A DNA stretch of 64,000 bases from Chromera velia (lineage: Eukaryota), in the NCBI GenBank assembly GCA_018398765.1, contig JAHBMJ010000024.1:1-64000 (forward strand). Reading direction: 5' to 3'. Each line of letters begins with the position of its first letter. Position 1 is the first letter of the stretch. A model generated the notes under the pieces. The model was given only the letters and a program-made list of their open reading frames with translations. It did no database searches and was not told the DNA's origin. A program made the position numbers and the translations under genes. Positions 24,475 to 35,530 of this stretch are shown piece by piece.

Positions 24475-26820
24475 GGGGGGGGGGGGGGGATAAACTCAAG
24501 GGCCCGAAGCTCCATGATGATAGTCACTGGCCCTGTGTTCCCCCCTCCTTCTTCCCCCGCTTTTTCTCTGCACATGATAGAGGAAACCCTGAAAGGAATA
24601 AACGTGAATAAGGCTGCTGGTCTTGATGGAATCGCCCCTGAACATCTCGCTCTTTGCTTCAAACACTCAACCCTTTCTCGCTTTCTCCTCTTTGTCTTCT
24701 TTAATCTGTTTCATTCTTTTTCATTTTGGCCATGTAGATGGAATGTCCTGAGGATTGCTCCCGTACCGAAGGGCCCCCCTTCTCTTGATTGTAATGAATG
24801 GAGGCCCATTCACATTGTTAGTCTCCTGGGTAAGGTTTTTGCTCTTCTTATGGACGTCCGCCTTCGTAAAGAGACAAAGATCGGTGAGAGACAGCTAGGC
24901 TTCAGGAGGGGCGTGGGGACACGGGAAGCGTTCGCGTCCCTCTCTTCTCTCATTCTTCAGTCTAAGCACAAAAGGAAGCCCCTCATCGCAGCGTTTGTAG
25001 ACTTCTCCAAAGCTTTTGATACAGTGCTCAGAGAGAAAATGTTACAAAGACTTAAGGACGAAGGGGTCAGTCAGGCGGACATCCACATGATTCATTCCAT
25101 GTACTGTAATGTGACAGCAAGGGTTGATGGGGGAGACAAGTGCTTGTCGGAGGGAGCGGGTGTGAAGCAGGGTGACCCTCTTTCTCCTCTTCTTTTTCTT
25201 CTGTTTATAAACAATTTGCACAAAGCCCTCAGCTCGGAGAACCAACAGCAGAGCGGTAATGAGGGAAGGAGCGCTTTGAAACCTGTCAAGCTTTCCTCGA
25301 CCCTAATAGAGAGTATTGGATACGCTGATGATCTTGTGTTGTTTGCCCACAGCGCTGCAGACCTGCAGGAGAGACTCCAGCGCCTCGAGGTATACTGCAA
25401 TGAGCACGGCCTCACGGTGAACTTGAAGAAAACAAAGATCCTCCGTCTATCGTCCCCTGATCCTCTCATTGAGCCCGACTCGGAGAGTCCCCTTTTGTTT
25501 TCAATGGAAGGCCGGTTGAGCATGTTGATAGATACAAATACCTAGGCAACTGGATCTTTGAGGGGGGGGATCTATCTAAAACTGTGAAAGCAAGAATTGA
25601 GTCGGCAGAAAGGGCTCTGGGGGGAGTATTTGGAACTCTCTCTTCAATTGGTTTTGTTTCTTCTTTCTCCCGAATTCAACTGTTCAAAGCTCTATGGGTG
25701 CCTGTGGCAATGTTCGGTCTTGAAGCCCTAGCTCCCACTCAGGCAGTCAGATATTCAATGCATCTCTCGATGCATTGCAGCTCCGTTTTGTTCGCTGGTC
25801 TTTTGGTTTGTCCCAGAACTCTTTTGTTTCTCCCTCTCTTCACTCTTTTGGTTTGGAACCCTTTGGTTGTCTGCTTGCGAAACAAGTAGCCAGCTTCTTT
25901 CAGTCTCTTAAATCTATAGAACGCGCCTTGCCCACGGCTGTATGGGAGGCCTGCATCGCTGGTTCTTGTGCTCCCTTTGTCTCCTCCACCAAGCGTCTGG
26001 CTGTGCCCCTTGACAGTTCTCTCCTGGCAGACACAGATGAGCCACGCCAAGAAAAGCCAAAAAAGAAAGGAAAATTCAAACGGAAAGAGGCGTGTCGCAA
26101 GATTGAGACGAATCAATGGCTTGGTGAATGGGCTAGAAGACAGGAAGGCAGCAGGAATAGAGACAGAATCTTCCATCCTCTTAGTGCCCTCACTGATTTC
26201 CAAAGAGAGAACCCTTCCAGACAGAGGCTCTCCATGCTCCTGCTTGCAGAAAGGAAATGGCAGTCATGTCCGTCAGACACAGGAAACGATCTACACATAC
26301 GCACGTTGTCCCCTTGTCTTCTTAAATCCTCTGCAAACATCCGCCCTCTCCTGAGAGCGATGACGGGTGGTTTTGTGCAGCGGGGGGAGCTGGAGAAGAC
26401 CTGCTCGGCTTGCTCTGGCAGAAAAGTTCGTGATGAGATCCATCTGCTCACGGAATGTGCGGACACAGAGAGGGAGAGACGGAAGCTTGACGAAATCATC
26501 AGCAGAATAAAGGAGCGCGCGCCCATTGAGAAACGGGTAGAAATTGCGCAATGGGTGGCTGTCTCAGCTGGTAGGGGAGTGGGGGAGAGTGAAAAGAAAG
26601 TCCGAGAGATGATCGCTCTTATATCGTCGTTCCAGCCTCTGGCGGGTATGAGGGCGGTAGAAGAGTGTATAGCCAAATTGGCGTGAGTTCGTGTTGTCAT
26701 GTTCGAATGGGTCAATGCGCTAGGTTAACAAACCAACATTGCATGTCATGCCCCGTGGTTGGCCAGAGCCTAAGTGGTGGCTCACCGGCTTTAACCGCCT
26801 CAATTCAATTCAGATTCAGT
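24475..26820 (+). mobile_element. 5'-truncated, frameshifted non-LTR retrotransposon (LINE): RT plus C-terminal Cys/His finger
   Basis: RT motifs KAAGLDGI, WRPI, QLGFRRG, FVDFSKAFDTV, GVKQGDPLSPLLF, YADD, GLTVNLKKTK, and YKYLG after a frameshift near 25500. A second shift lies near 25770, followed by CSAC...H....C, stop 26686 and an (ATTCA)-like tail near 26800. No endonuclease domain is seen, though the adjacent N gap limits the view. Confidence 0.92.
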
Positions 26821-27435
26821 CACATTTAATCAATGAACCACTAGCACTAGAAAATAAGAAAAAGTAGTTACTAGGTTAAAGACTAAAAAGGCAAGTGGAG
26901 ACTGTGAAGTCCCAGTGGACACTGTAAGAGGTAGCAAAGGTAGCCAAAGACAGAGCTAAAATGAGCTAAAACAATTATGAACAACCCGTATCAGAGGATA
27001 CAAATCGGTGTAAAAAGAATTTAAAAAATCAATGAAACACTGAGAAAACAATTCAAATAAACCTTAGAAACATGATTGGTACGCTTCGTTTCACTAGGAG
27101 CACTAGACAGAACATCCTAGTAACTGATAGATCGAACATAAGGAAGGTGCTCCAAATGTCAAGTTTGGATATCCAAACCGATTTCGGAGAGATCCAAAGC
27201 TCTAAAGCATCTTTATCATATTAGAAGAGAAGTGAGCAAGCCCTTGTTCGCCCTTGTTGCATCATCACTTGCATGCTTTATCAAATCGATCAGAGTTTTC
27301 ACAAACCTGAAAGCCTGTTAGAGGCAAACGTATAGCGGCCAAAAGAAACAGACAGTCAAATGTCATGCAACTTAGACGTCATCAGCCGGAGCACGGTACA
27401 CAGCTTTAAAAGGCTTCGAGGGCTGTCCTGCAAGG

Positions 27436-28019
27436 ACCTAGGAATTTAAACAGGAATTTAGATAGGAGTTCAAAGGGATTTAGACAGACAGGAATCTAAA
27501 GGATTCAAAGGAATTTAAAGTTCCAAATTTCTAAATTTTGGAGGTTGATTAATCAACTTGCACGATTTTTTATGAATTATGATAACTTAGATCAAATTTG
27601 ATACTGACGGTGCTTCAACGAGCACAATCAATATCGAGGAATTAGTTTTAACTAATCCTATTCATGATTGGAATGGTTCCCTCTCAGTCAGCAGCCCAAA
27701 ACATGCAAAGTTCAGAAGAGTTGTTAGTTGATCGCGGCCTAGGAAACCAGGCGGGCCACGGGGTGTGGTCTGAGCCTCAGGAGTGAGGCACACCCCCCTG
27801 CCGTTTGCGGGGGCGACCTTTATAGGACAAAACGGCGACAGTGCTCTAGGGCACCACTAAATCACTTATCACTTATCACTTAACTAGATAAGCAATCGAC
27901 CTCCAAAAGTTGCTAAATTCATCTAAATTCCTCTTTTTAAATTCTTTTAGATTCCTGTACGTAACGTCTAAATTTCTTTCTGAAATCATTCCTCTAAATT
28001 CCTGTCTAAATTCCTAGGT
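27436..28019. mobile_element. Foldback/MITE-like non-coding element with ~115-125-bp imperfect terminal inverted repeats
   Basis: 27436-27550 (ACCTAGGAATTTAAACAGGAATTTAGA...TTTTGGAGGTTGATT) is the imperfect reverse complement of 27894-28019 (AATCGACCTCCAAAA...TCTAAATTCCTGTCTAAATTCCTAGGT). Confidence 0.6.
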
Positions 28020-28499
28020 TTTTGGACGGGGCCCTGAGGGGGGGTCTGATACTTTAGCCTACTCAGGCTAGCTAAGCCTAGCTCAGAAACGCCCCGCCTT
28101 GATAGCTCTGGCAACAAAGGGACATAACGGGAAGGTGCGGGAAGGCCTATTGCGGGGAACCAATCAATTTTTTTTGAATCAATCAATGGGCAATCAATCA
28201 ACCAATTAATGAATAAATAAATTTATAATAATACCACATGCTTTCCTAATGGTGCCAAGAAGGCCCACTGCCACTGGGAATAGACTGAGACTGATCGATC
28301 TAGTGATCGATCATGTTGTTAATTACGACAAATTTACGGGCTGAATCAATTCATTTGTAATTCAATGCTACCAATTATATTAGCGTTTTACAGCAACTTA
28401 TATTTTGTTGAGCAACGCCTGTCATTTAAAACTCTTGTACATAGGCATTCCTGAAGACATTTGGTATGTCTTTTTCTTGAATAAAGAAGGTTCCTGCAG

Positions 28500-28507
<8 letters not shown>
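27908..28507 (+). repeat. Dispersed direct repeat, copy 1 (copy 2 at 34029-34730)
   Basis: Shared blocks such as GGGGTCTGATACTTTAGCCTA and GCTACCAATTATATTAGCGTTTTACAGCAAC...GAAGGTTCCTGCAGGCACACAC. Both copies run into CA/GAAA microsatellite. Confidence 0.9.
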
Positions 28508-28538
<31 letters not shown>

Positions 28539-29188
28539 GAAAGAAAGAAAGAAAGAAAGGAAGGAAGAAAGGAAGAAAGGAAGGAAGAAAGAAAAGAAAG
28601 AAAGAAAAGAAAGCAAGAAAAGAAAGCAAGAAAAGAAAGAAAGAAAAGAAAGAAAGAAAAGAAAGAAAGAAAGAAAGAAAGAAAAGAAAGAAAGAAAGAA
28701 AAGAAAGAGAGAAAGAAAAGAAAGAAAGAAAAGAAAAGAAAGAAAGAAAAGAAAGAAAGAAAAGAAAAGAAAGAAAAGAAAGAAAAGAAAGAAAGAAAAG
28801 AAAGAAAGAAAAGAAAGAAAGAAAAGAAGGAAAGAAAAGAAAGAAAGAAAAGAAAGAAAGAAAAGAAAGAAAGAAAAGAAAGAAAGAAAAGAAAGAAAGA
28901 AAAGAAAAGAAAGAAAGAAAAGAAAGAAAGAAAAGAAAAGAAAGAAAAGAAAGAAAAGAAAGAAAGAAAAGAAAGAAAGAAAAGAAAGAAAGAAAAGAAA
29001 GAAAGAAAGAAAAGAAAGAAAGAAAAGAAAGAAAGAAAGAAAGAAAGAAAAGAAAGAAAGAAAAGAAAGAAAAGAAAGAAAGAAAAGAAAGAAAAGAAAG
29101 AAAAGAAAGAAAGAAAAAAAGAAAAAAAGAAAGAAAGAAAGAAAGAAAGAAAAGAAAGAAAGAAAGAAAGACAGACAGAAAGAAAGAA

Positions 29189-29255
<67 letters not shown>

Positions 29256-29268
29256 AGGGAGAGAGAGG
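28501..29268. repeat. (CA)n + (GAAA/GAAAA)n + (GA)n microsatellite
   Basis: Directly visible simple repeats. Confidence 0.97.
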
Positions 29269-29285
29269 GAGGAGTACAGAACACG

Positions 29286-29307
29286 TGGTGACGCCAGCGA
29301 GAGTCGA
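29286..29307 (+). other. Primer-binding site complementary to a tRNA 3' end (discriminator A, possibly tRNA-Leu)
   Basis: The reverse complement of TGGTGACGCCAGCGAGAGTCGA is TCGACT-CTCGC-TGGCGTC-A-CCA, which fits T-loop, T-stem, acceptor stem and CCA. It lies 2 nt after the LTR end. Confidence 0.8.
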
Positions 29308-32300
29308 CCCTTCTGAAAGGAGAAGAACCAAAGAAACTGGACCACACCACGAAGTGCTGCTCAGAATCATTGAGTAATCACCTACAGGAGCCATCGACAA
29401 CAACGAAAACGACAACAGCAAGGAAAAACAACAGAACCTGGACCACACCACGAAGTGCTGCTTAAATTGGCAGATTGATATTCTTGGTCCCCTCACAAAA
29501 ACAAAGCAGTGTTGCACGGTGCCCAATTGTAGTACCTGCGCATCTTTCTGCTCGCTCGATGACTTTGAGTGGGAAGAAGAGCGATCAGCAACAATCAGGG
29601 AGGTGGGGAAGAAGGCGTTTGCTGTGCAGGCGGGGAAACAAGTGGTTGCATCGGGGGAGACGGTTGCAGAACTTGACTCCCAGTGCACGTTCTCGATTTT
29701 CCCCAGATCGAAAGTGCGCGTCATCCGCGAATGGCCCTGCGTATCTCGGTACGTAGAGGTCTTCGGACACAGGTCCGAGGCAGTCACCACCTCCAGGGGT
29801 TTGTGTTGTCTCCAGTATCCGTCTCCAGGGGGGGAGGGGACTGTTTCCGTGGTGCAGATCGGGAACATCACGGATAGTCCGGAAGCCGACCTCCTGATCC
29901 ATGCGGGGGCGGTCGATCGGTTTGATGGGACTGCGGTTGTGAGGAGCGCAGGTGGAAAGTTCGTGCGCGTGGGTTTGCAACGAAAATTTGATCCACAGGG
30001 GGTGTACCCTTTCCGAGCAGCGACGGTGGTGAAGGCCCTTTCGGTCAGCCGGGTGGCAGGGGGGGTCCCTGTGTGCGATGTGCTTGCAAAGGAGCAGTGA
30101 GCTGCGCATGTACCCTCTGTCTGTACGCTCTTTTCTGTGTTGATCAGATTTAGTTCCCATGCTTGCATTGAGTGTTTTCTGTGTGTGTATGAATAGGAGT
30201 TTGATTCTGCTTGGGTTGGTTCCCTGCAGAATCCTCCCGCACACGGGGATTCACTGAACACCACCCCAGACAACGACTCCCTCTCCTCTTTCAAAGGCAA
30301 ATAGGGAGTAGCCACATGTTCCTCGATTCCTCGTCCTTTTGTTTCGAATTCTCTTCCTCCTTCTGTTCTTTTTCGCATGCTGCGTCAACACATTCGTTTT
30401 GGTCATGCTTCTCTTCCTCGTTTGAGTGCAAGCTTGAAGGAGCAAAAGGCTCTCTGCTGATGTTTTCGAACTCAGCCAGATTAATTCTGATTTGGGAAAG
30501 AAGATTTCTCTTTTGGGTTTTCGGTATGTGTTCGTGATGAGAGATGCAAAGGCAGGGGTGGTGTTGACACGTGCGATGAAGAAAAGAACGGACACCGGTC
30601 CTCTCTCTGCTGTGTGTGAATGGATTGATAAGTACGGGCTCATGAAACGATTTGTGTCAGACAACGCAGGTGAGTTGTGTGAAGGTAAAGTGAAGGCAAT
30701 GTTAGAAGGAAGGGGGGTGCATGTTTGCCCCCGACCTCCTGAGTCATCAATGGGGCCTGCAGAGCGATGGGTAAGAACGGCACGTGCTGGTCTGAGATCG
30801 ATGATCCATACATGGAAGTTGCCTCTCGAATTCTTTCCGTGTGTGCTACGGGCCGTTGAGTATTCATACAATTGCACCGCGTCTGCTGAGACTGGCCGCT
30901 CTCCTTTGCGTTCTGCTTTGGGTGTCCGGCCTGACACCTCAACCATGCCTGGAGACCCTGTTGTGTTTGTACCTCCCTTTCACAAGAAAGTTCAGAATTC
31001 GCTTCGTCCCCCAGGAAAGGTAGGCATCTTCCTCTCTGTTGTCTCTCCATCCGAGTGGCAGTTAGTGCAATGGGATGCTCTTCGGGGTGATTGGTCAAGG
31101 GTCGTGCGCGTTCATCCGATGAAGCATGGTGTGAAGGCTTGCTCCCCTGGTGTCCTTCTCTCTTCGGGTTTGGTTGATCACATAGGGGAGTGGCTTTTGC
31201 CTGAACGCCGGCCTCGGTCAGAAGTCGGGGGGGGGGATAAGAAGAAAATTGACTGGGTCGGCGGGGGGCATGGGCCAGAAGAGAAAGAAACCGAAAGCAA
31301 AAACCTTCTTTCCTCCTCTTCTTCCTCTTCTTCTGTATCCTCCTCTTCTTCTTCTGCCCCATCTTCTTTCCCTGAAGTCTTGTACGGAGAACCAGTCGAA
31401 TTGGATGATCTGTCAGAAGAGAAGGCAGACCAGTCAGTCTGTGGATTTTGCTTTCATGAAGGCCACAGAGCGTTTCGATGCACTCAGCAAAAGAAAAAAA
31501 AAGAATGAGGATCCTGAGCTTTCTTTTTCCATTTCCGACACAGAGAAACTGTCAGGCAAGAATCAGATCCCTGTTTCTCCATCGGATCCTGCAGTCCGGG
31601 GGGGGAAGTTTGATCAAGCAATGGAAAGAGAGCTGAACAAACTTGAAAAGTTCTCGGTCCTCAAAGAGACAGACGGAGAGAAAGACGACGTGCCCGCTTC
31701 CTTGTCTCATGTGCTGTTTGTTCCATCTTTCTTTTGTGTCGTTGGGTGTTCACTTGGAAGTTGAAGGACGGGGAGAGAATCCCAAAAGCTCGTCTTGTCT
31801 GCATGGGGCATTCAGGAAGGGATCATCGCAATTGTGACACATATTCAGGCACACCTGATTCTTCAATCTTTCGTTTGTTTTTCATCTTTTGTCTGGTAAA
31901 GAATTGGGCGATGGCAATCACGGATGTCACGGGTGCCTTTCTCCAGGCGCCAATTGTCGGTTCTGCTGCCTCTTCTGTGCGTGTGAAGCTGCCTTCATTG
32001 TTTCCAAAGGGGAAGCGGTGGTCTTTCGTTGCAGGGGGGGTGTATGGCTTGAGAAAGGCATTGTGCGGACTGAAAGATGCTCCGCGCATCTTCACGCAAT
32101 GGCTGAAGAAAGTGCTCTTCCGTCTCTTTTCCTTTTCTGAGTGTGTTGAGTCCATTTTGATCCAAACTCGTTCTCCCGTTCCTTCTCCCGTCCGTTCGTC
32201 AGATGAAAAATTATGGGCTGACGTTGAGCAGGCAGACATCACCGCAGCGTGTCAGATGCATGTTGATGATTTGTTTTTACTTGCACCTGATCCGTTGGAT

Positions 32301-33224
32301 TTGTTGAAGCAGTTTGGGAAGAACGTGGAGTGCGAAGATCCAGAGCTGATTGGAGCAAAGAGGAAGAAAGTGGTTGGTCTTGAGATGGCACATGACAGAC
32401 AGAAGGGAGAAATCACTCAAGGACAAATGAGTTACGTCAGCACAGAGTCTCTTCACGAGCCGAAGAGAAGCCGTAAGCTCGAGAAGGCAGACTTCGAGAA
32501 GCCAGAAGAGAAAGAAGTAGACATGAGACTGGAAAAAATTTTCCGCTCATTGTTAGGGATGCTGGGATGGTTGTGCAAAACCCGTTTTGATCTTTCTTTT
32601 GCTTTTTCACAGTTGTCTCGCTGGTCTTCCTGTCCCTCTCCACGTGTTCTTCGCACCCTTTCAACCGTTTTGTTTTTGGCTGTTGAGAAGGCATGCGAGC
32701 TTGTATTTCTTGCTGTTTGTCTGCCTGAACTGCGTTTGTTCGTCGATGCTGCTTATTGTGATCGACTGTGCGAAGCGAGAAGTGGGTATGTTTTTCAGCT
32801 TGCCAATGCAGACTGGCCGTTGACGTGTCGAGCAAATTTGATAGACTGGGCAAGCCACAGAGAGAAGAGACTCATGCGTTCCACCGCTGGAGCAGAACTG
32901 CTTGCTCTCTGTCAGGGTGTGTTGAGAATGCCTTTGCTTTTAAGGATCACTCGTATGCTTTTTGGAAAGGTGAAGGTGCATGTTCTGACAGACAGTGCAG
33001 CGCTGGTTGAGCAGCTCAAAAATAGAGTCTGCAAGAAAGAGCCGACCTTGCAGGGTCGTTTGCTTTTTGTGTTGCAAGAGTTGGAGGCAGTGGGGGCTTC
33101 CTTTGAGCACGTTGATGGAGCCGTGAGTCAGATGGCGGATTGCCTTACAAAATGGAAGGATCCTGATGTGGCGTGGCCGAAACCGATGGATGCCGCTTAT
33201 TAAGCATGCGCGTTAAGGGGGGAG

Positions 33225-33774
33225 TTAGTTAATTTCGCTTTCCCGGGCAGTCTCTCTTAGAGTCTTTACGGAGCCACTAGAAATTGGCAGTTATTTTCGG
33301 CAGTGTGATTATTCTTTTTCTGGCGGTTTCGATCAATAGATTGCATTGCATAATATGAACAGACTCTTGTTATTCCTTTTCCGTAGTTAACTATACGTAT
33401 GGTTCTAAAGCTCACTAGAACCTAGCGTCTAGAAGAATTGAATCGAGCATCCAATCGAATCGAAGCTTCCGAGCATCCTTCAAGACCCAGCGACTCCAGA
33501 CCAGACGACCAGTACTGAACCTTCAGACCTTAGCTCTGTAGACCGATACGTGCAATACCGATACAGTACAGCCAGTACTGAATGCTCAGAAAGAGCTTAA
33601 CCGATACGTCACTTCATCTGTATATACCGATACGACTAGCCTTCTAGGCTCCTATAGCGTCATCTAGGTTAGATTTTGTCTCTGTCTAGCCAATCGCGTC
33701 GGAGGAGAACAGAACACTAGCTAACTAAAGAGTCTGCACTCTGTCTGACTTTGGGGTCAGAGGAGTACAGAACA
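33225..33774 (+). repeat. 3' LTR of the copia element (~550 bp)
   Basis: Begins right after the PPT and ends in ...CAGAACA, matching the remnant before the PBS. It lacks the canonical TG start. Confidence 0.7.
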
Positions 33775-34028
33775 ACATACAGGTATACACACATATACAC
33801 ACACATACATAGGCATACACACACACGCAGGCATACATACATACACGTACCATGATGGAGGTGGGGAATAAGAGGAATAAAAATGAGCGGGGAAAAGAAG
33901 GGCACGCACACACACAACAGAAACTACACAACCCAACGATGAGCCATGCAAGGCATAGGTCTTTGCAGAGGTGGGAGGGGGGTCCGGGGAGGGGGCAAAA
34001 GTTTTTGTATGAACAATTGACAATTAAG

Positions 34029-34723
34029 AGTTGCTAAACTTATCTAAATTCATCTTTTTAAATTATTTTATATGCCTGTCTAATTTTTTTTTAATTCCAG
34101 TCTAAATTCCTCTCTGAAATCATTCTTAGACTCATTACCCTAAATGTGTGTCCCAATTCCTAGGTTTTTGGAGGGAACTCTAGGTAGGGGTCTGATACTT
34201 TAGCCTAGCTCAGAAACGCGCCGCCTTGATAACTCTGGCAGCAGAGGGGTACTATCCCCGGTATAGCGAGAAGGCTTATAGCGGGGAACCAATTAACCCT
34301 AGAATCAATGAATGCCAGTGGGCAATCAATCAATCAATTAATCAATGGGTAATCAATCAATCAATTAATCAATCAATGGGCAATTAATTCATCAATCAAT
34401 CAATTAATGGGCAATCAATGGGCAATCAATCCGAATTAATCAATCAATGAATTAATGAATGAATTAATAATAATACTACATGCTTTCCTAATCGTGCCAA
34501 GAAGGCCCACTGGGGATAGACTAAGAGTGATCGATCATGTTGTTAATTACGACCAATTTACGGGCTGAATCAATTCATTTGTAATTCATTGCTACCAATT
34601 ATATTAGCGTTTTACAGCAACTTATACTTTGTTGAGCAACGCCTGTCACTTAAAACTCGTGTACAAAGGCGCACTCGAAGGCATTTGGTATATCTTTTTC
34701 TTGAATAAAGAAGGTTCCTGCAG

Positions 34724-34730
<7 letters not shown>
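34029..34730 (+). repeat. Dispersed direct repeat, copy 2 (copy 1 at 27908-28507)
   Basis: Same shared blocks as copy 1, with an internal AATC microsatellite expanded. Confidence 0.9.
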
Positions 34731-34793
<63 letters not shown>

Positions 34794-34803
34794 AAGAAAG
34801 AAA

Positions 34804-34866
<63 letters not shown>

Positions 34867-35530
34867 GAGCAAGAAAGAGAGCAAGAAAGAGAGAGAGAGG
34901 GAGGGAGGGAAGGGAGAGGAGAGGAGAGGAGAGGAGAGGAGAGGGAGAGTCACAAACACAGTGACAGAGACAGAGGGAGAAGGAAACGGAGAGAGACAGA
35001 AGGGGGCAGAGAGACAGAAAAAGAAAAAGATAAAGAGGTGGAGAGCGATAAGCACGGGCTGTATGAAAAAAGTGTCTGCACATGCACGTGCAGTCACAGT
35101 GAGAACAAATCAGAACCCAAATCCGAGGATTCACACTTGAATTGCCTTAAACCTCGACCCCATAGCCATGTGTCGAGAGGTATTTGTTTGTGGGTGCGTT
35201 TGTTTGTGGGTGCATTCGTTGGGTAAATAAAGTCTCATGCCGGGTCTCGTTTTTCACTTTCTGTCCTCCTTGTCGCGCACACATAGGCAGGCTACATACA
35301 CACACACACACACACACACATACACACATACACAGGCATACGCACACACAGGCATACACACACATACACAGGCACACACACACATACACACACACGCAGG
35401 CATACACACATACACGTACCACGACGGAGGTGGGGAACAAGAGGAATAGAGATGAGCGGGGAAAAGAAGGGCGCGCACACACACAACAGAAACCACACAA
35501 CCCAGCGATGAGCCATGCAGGTGTACCTAC

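Larger units (their letters stand above)
29269..33774 (+). mobile_element. Degenerate Ty1/copia LTR retrotransposon (PR-INT-RT-RH); gag and most of the 5' LTR missing
   Basis: 5' LTR remnant GAGGAGTACAGAACA at 29269-29283 is identical to 33760-33774. PBS 29286-29307; protease-like ELDSQC (~29670); HIRFGH; integrase NSD/SDNAGE/AERW; RT CRWVF, KARLV, DVTGAFL, LCGLKDAP, HVDD; RNase H VDAA, STAGAE, TDSA, ADCLTK; stop 33203; PPT AAGGGGGGAG 33215-33224. Confidence 0.93.

Noticed and set aside
28388..30378. 300-650-aa ORFs
   Set aside because: GAAA microsatellite translation plus the antisense of the copia element.
31489..31508. Programmed ribosomal frameshift at the A-run after integrase
   Set aside because: A compensating shift near 31730 restores the frame, so homopolymer indels in a decayed copy are the simpler explanation.
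27908..34730. Flanking 600-700-bp direct repeats as the copia LTRs
   Set aside because: The PPT and PBS define a different LTR (33225-33774, remnant at 29269-29283).
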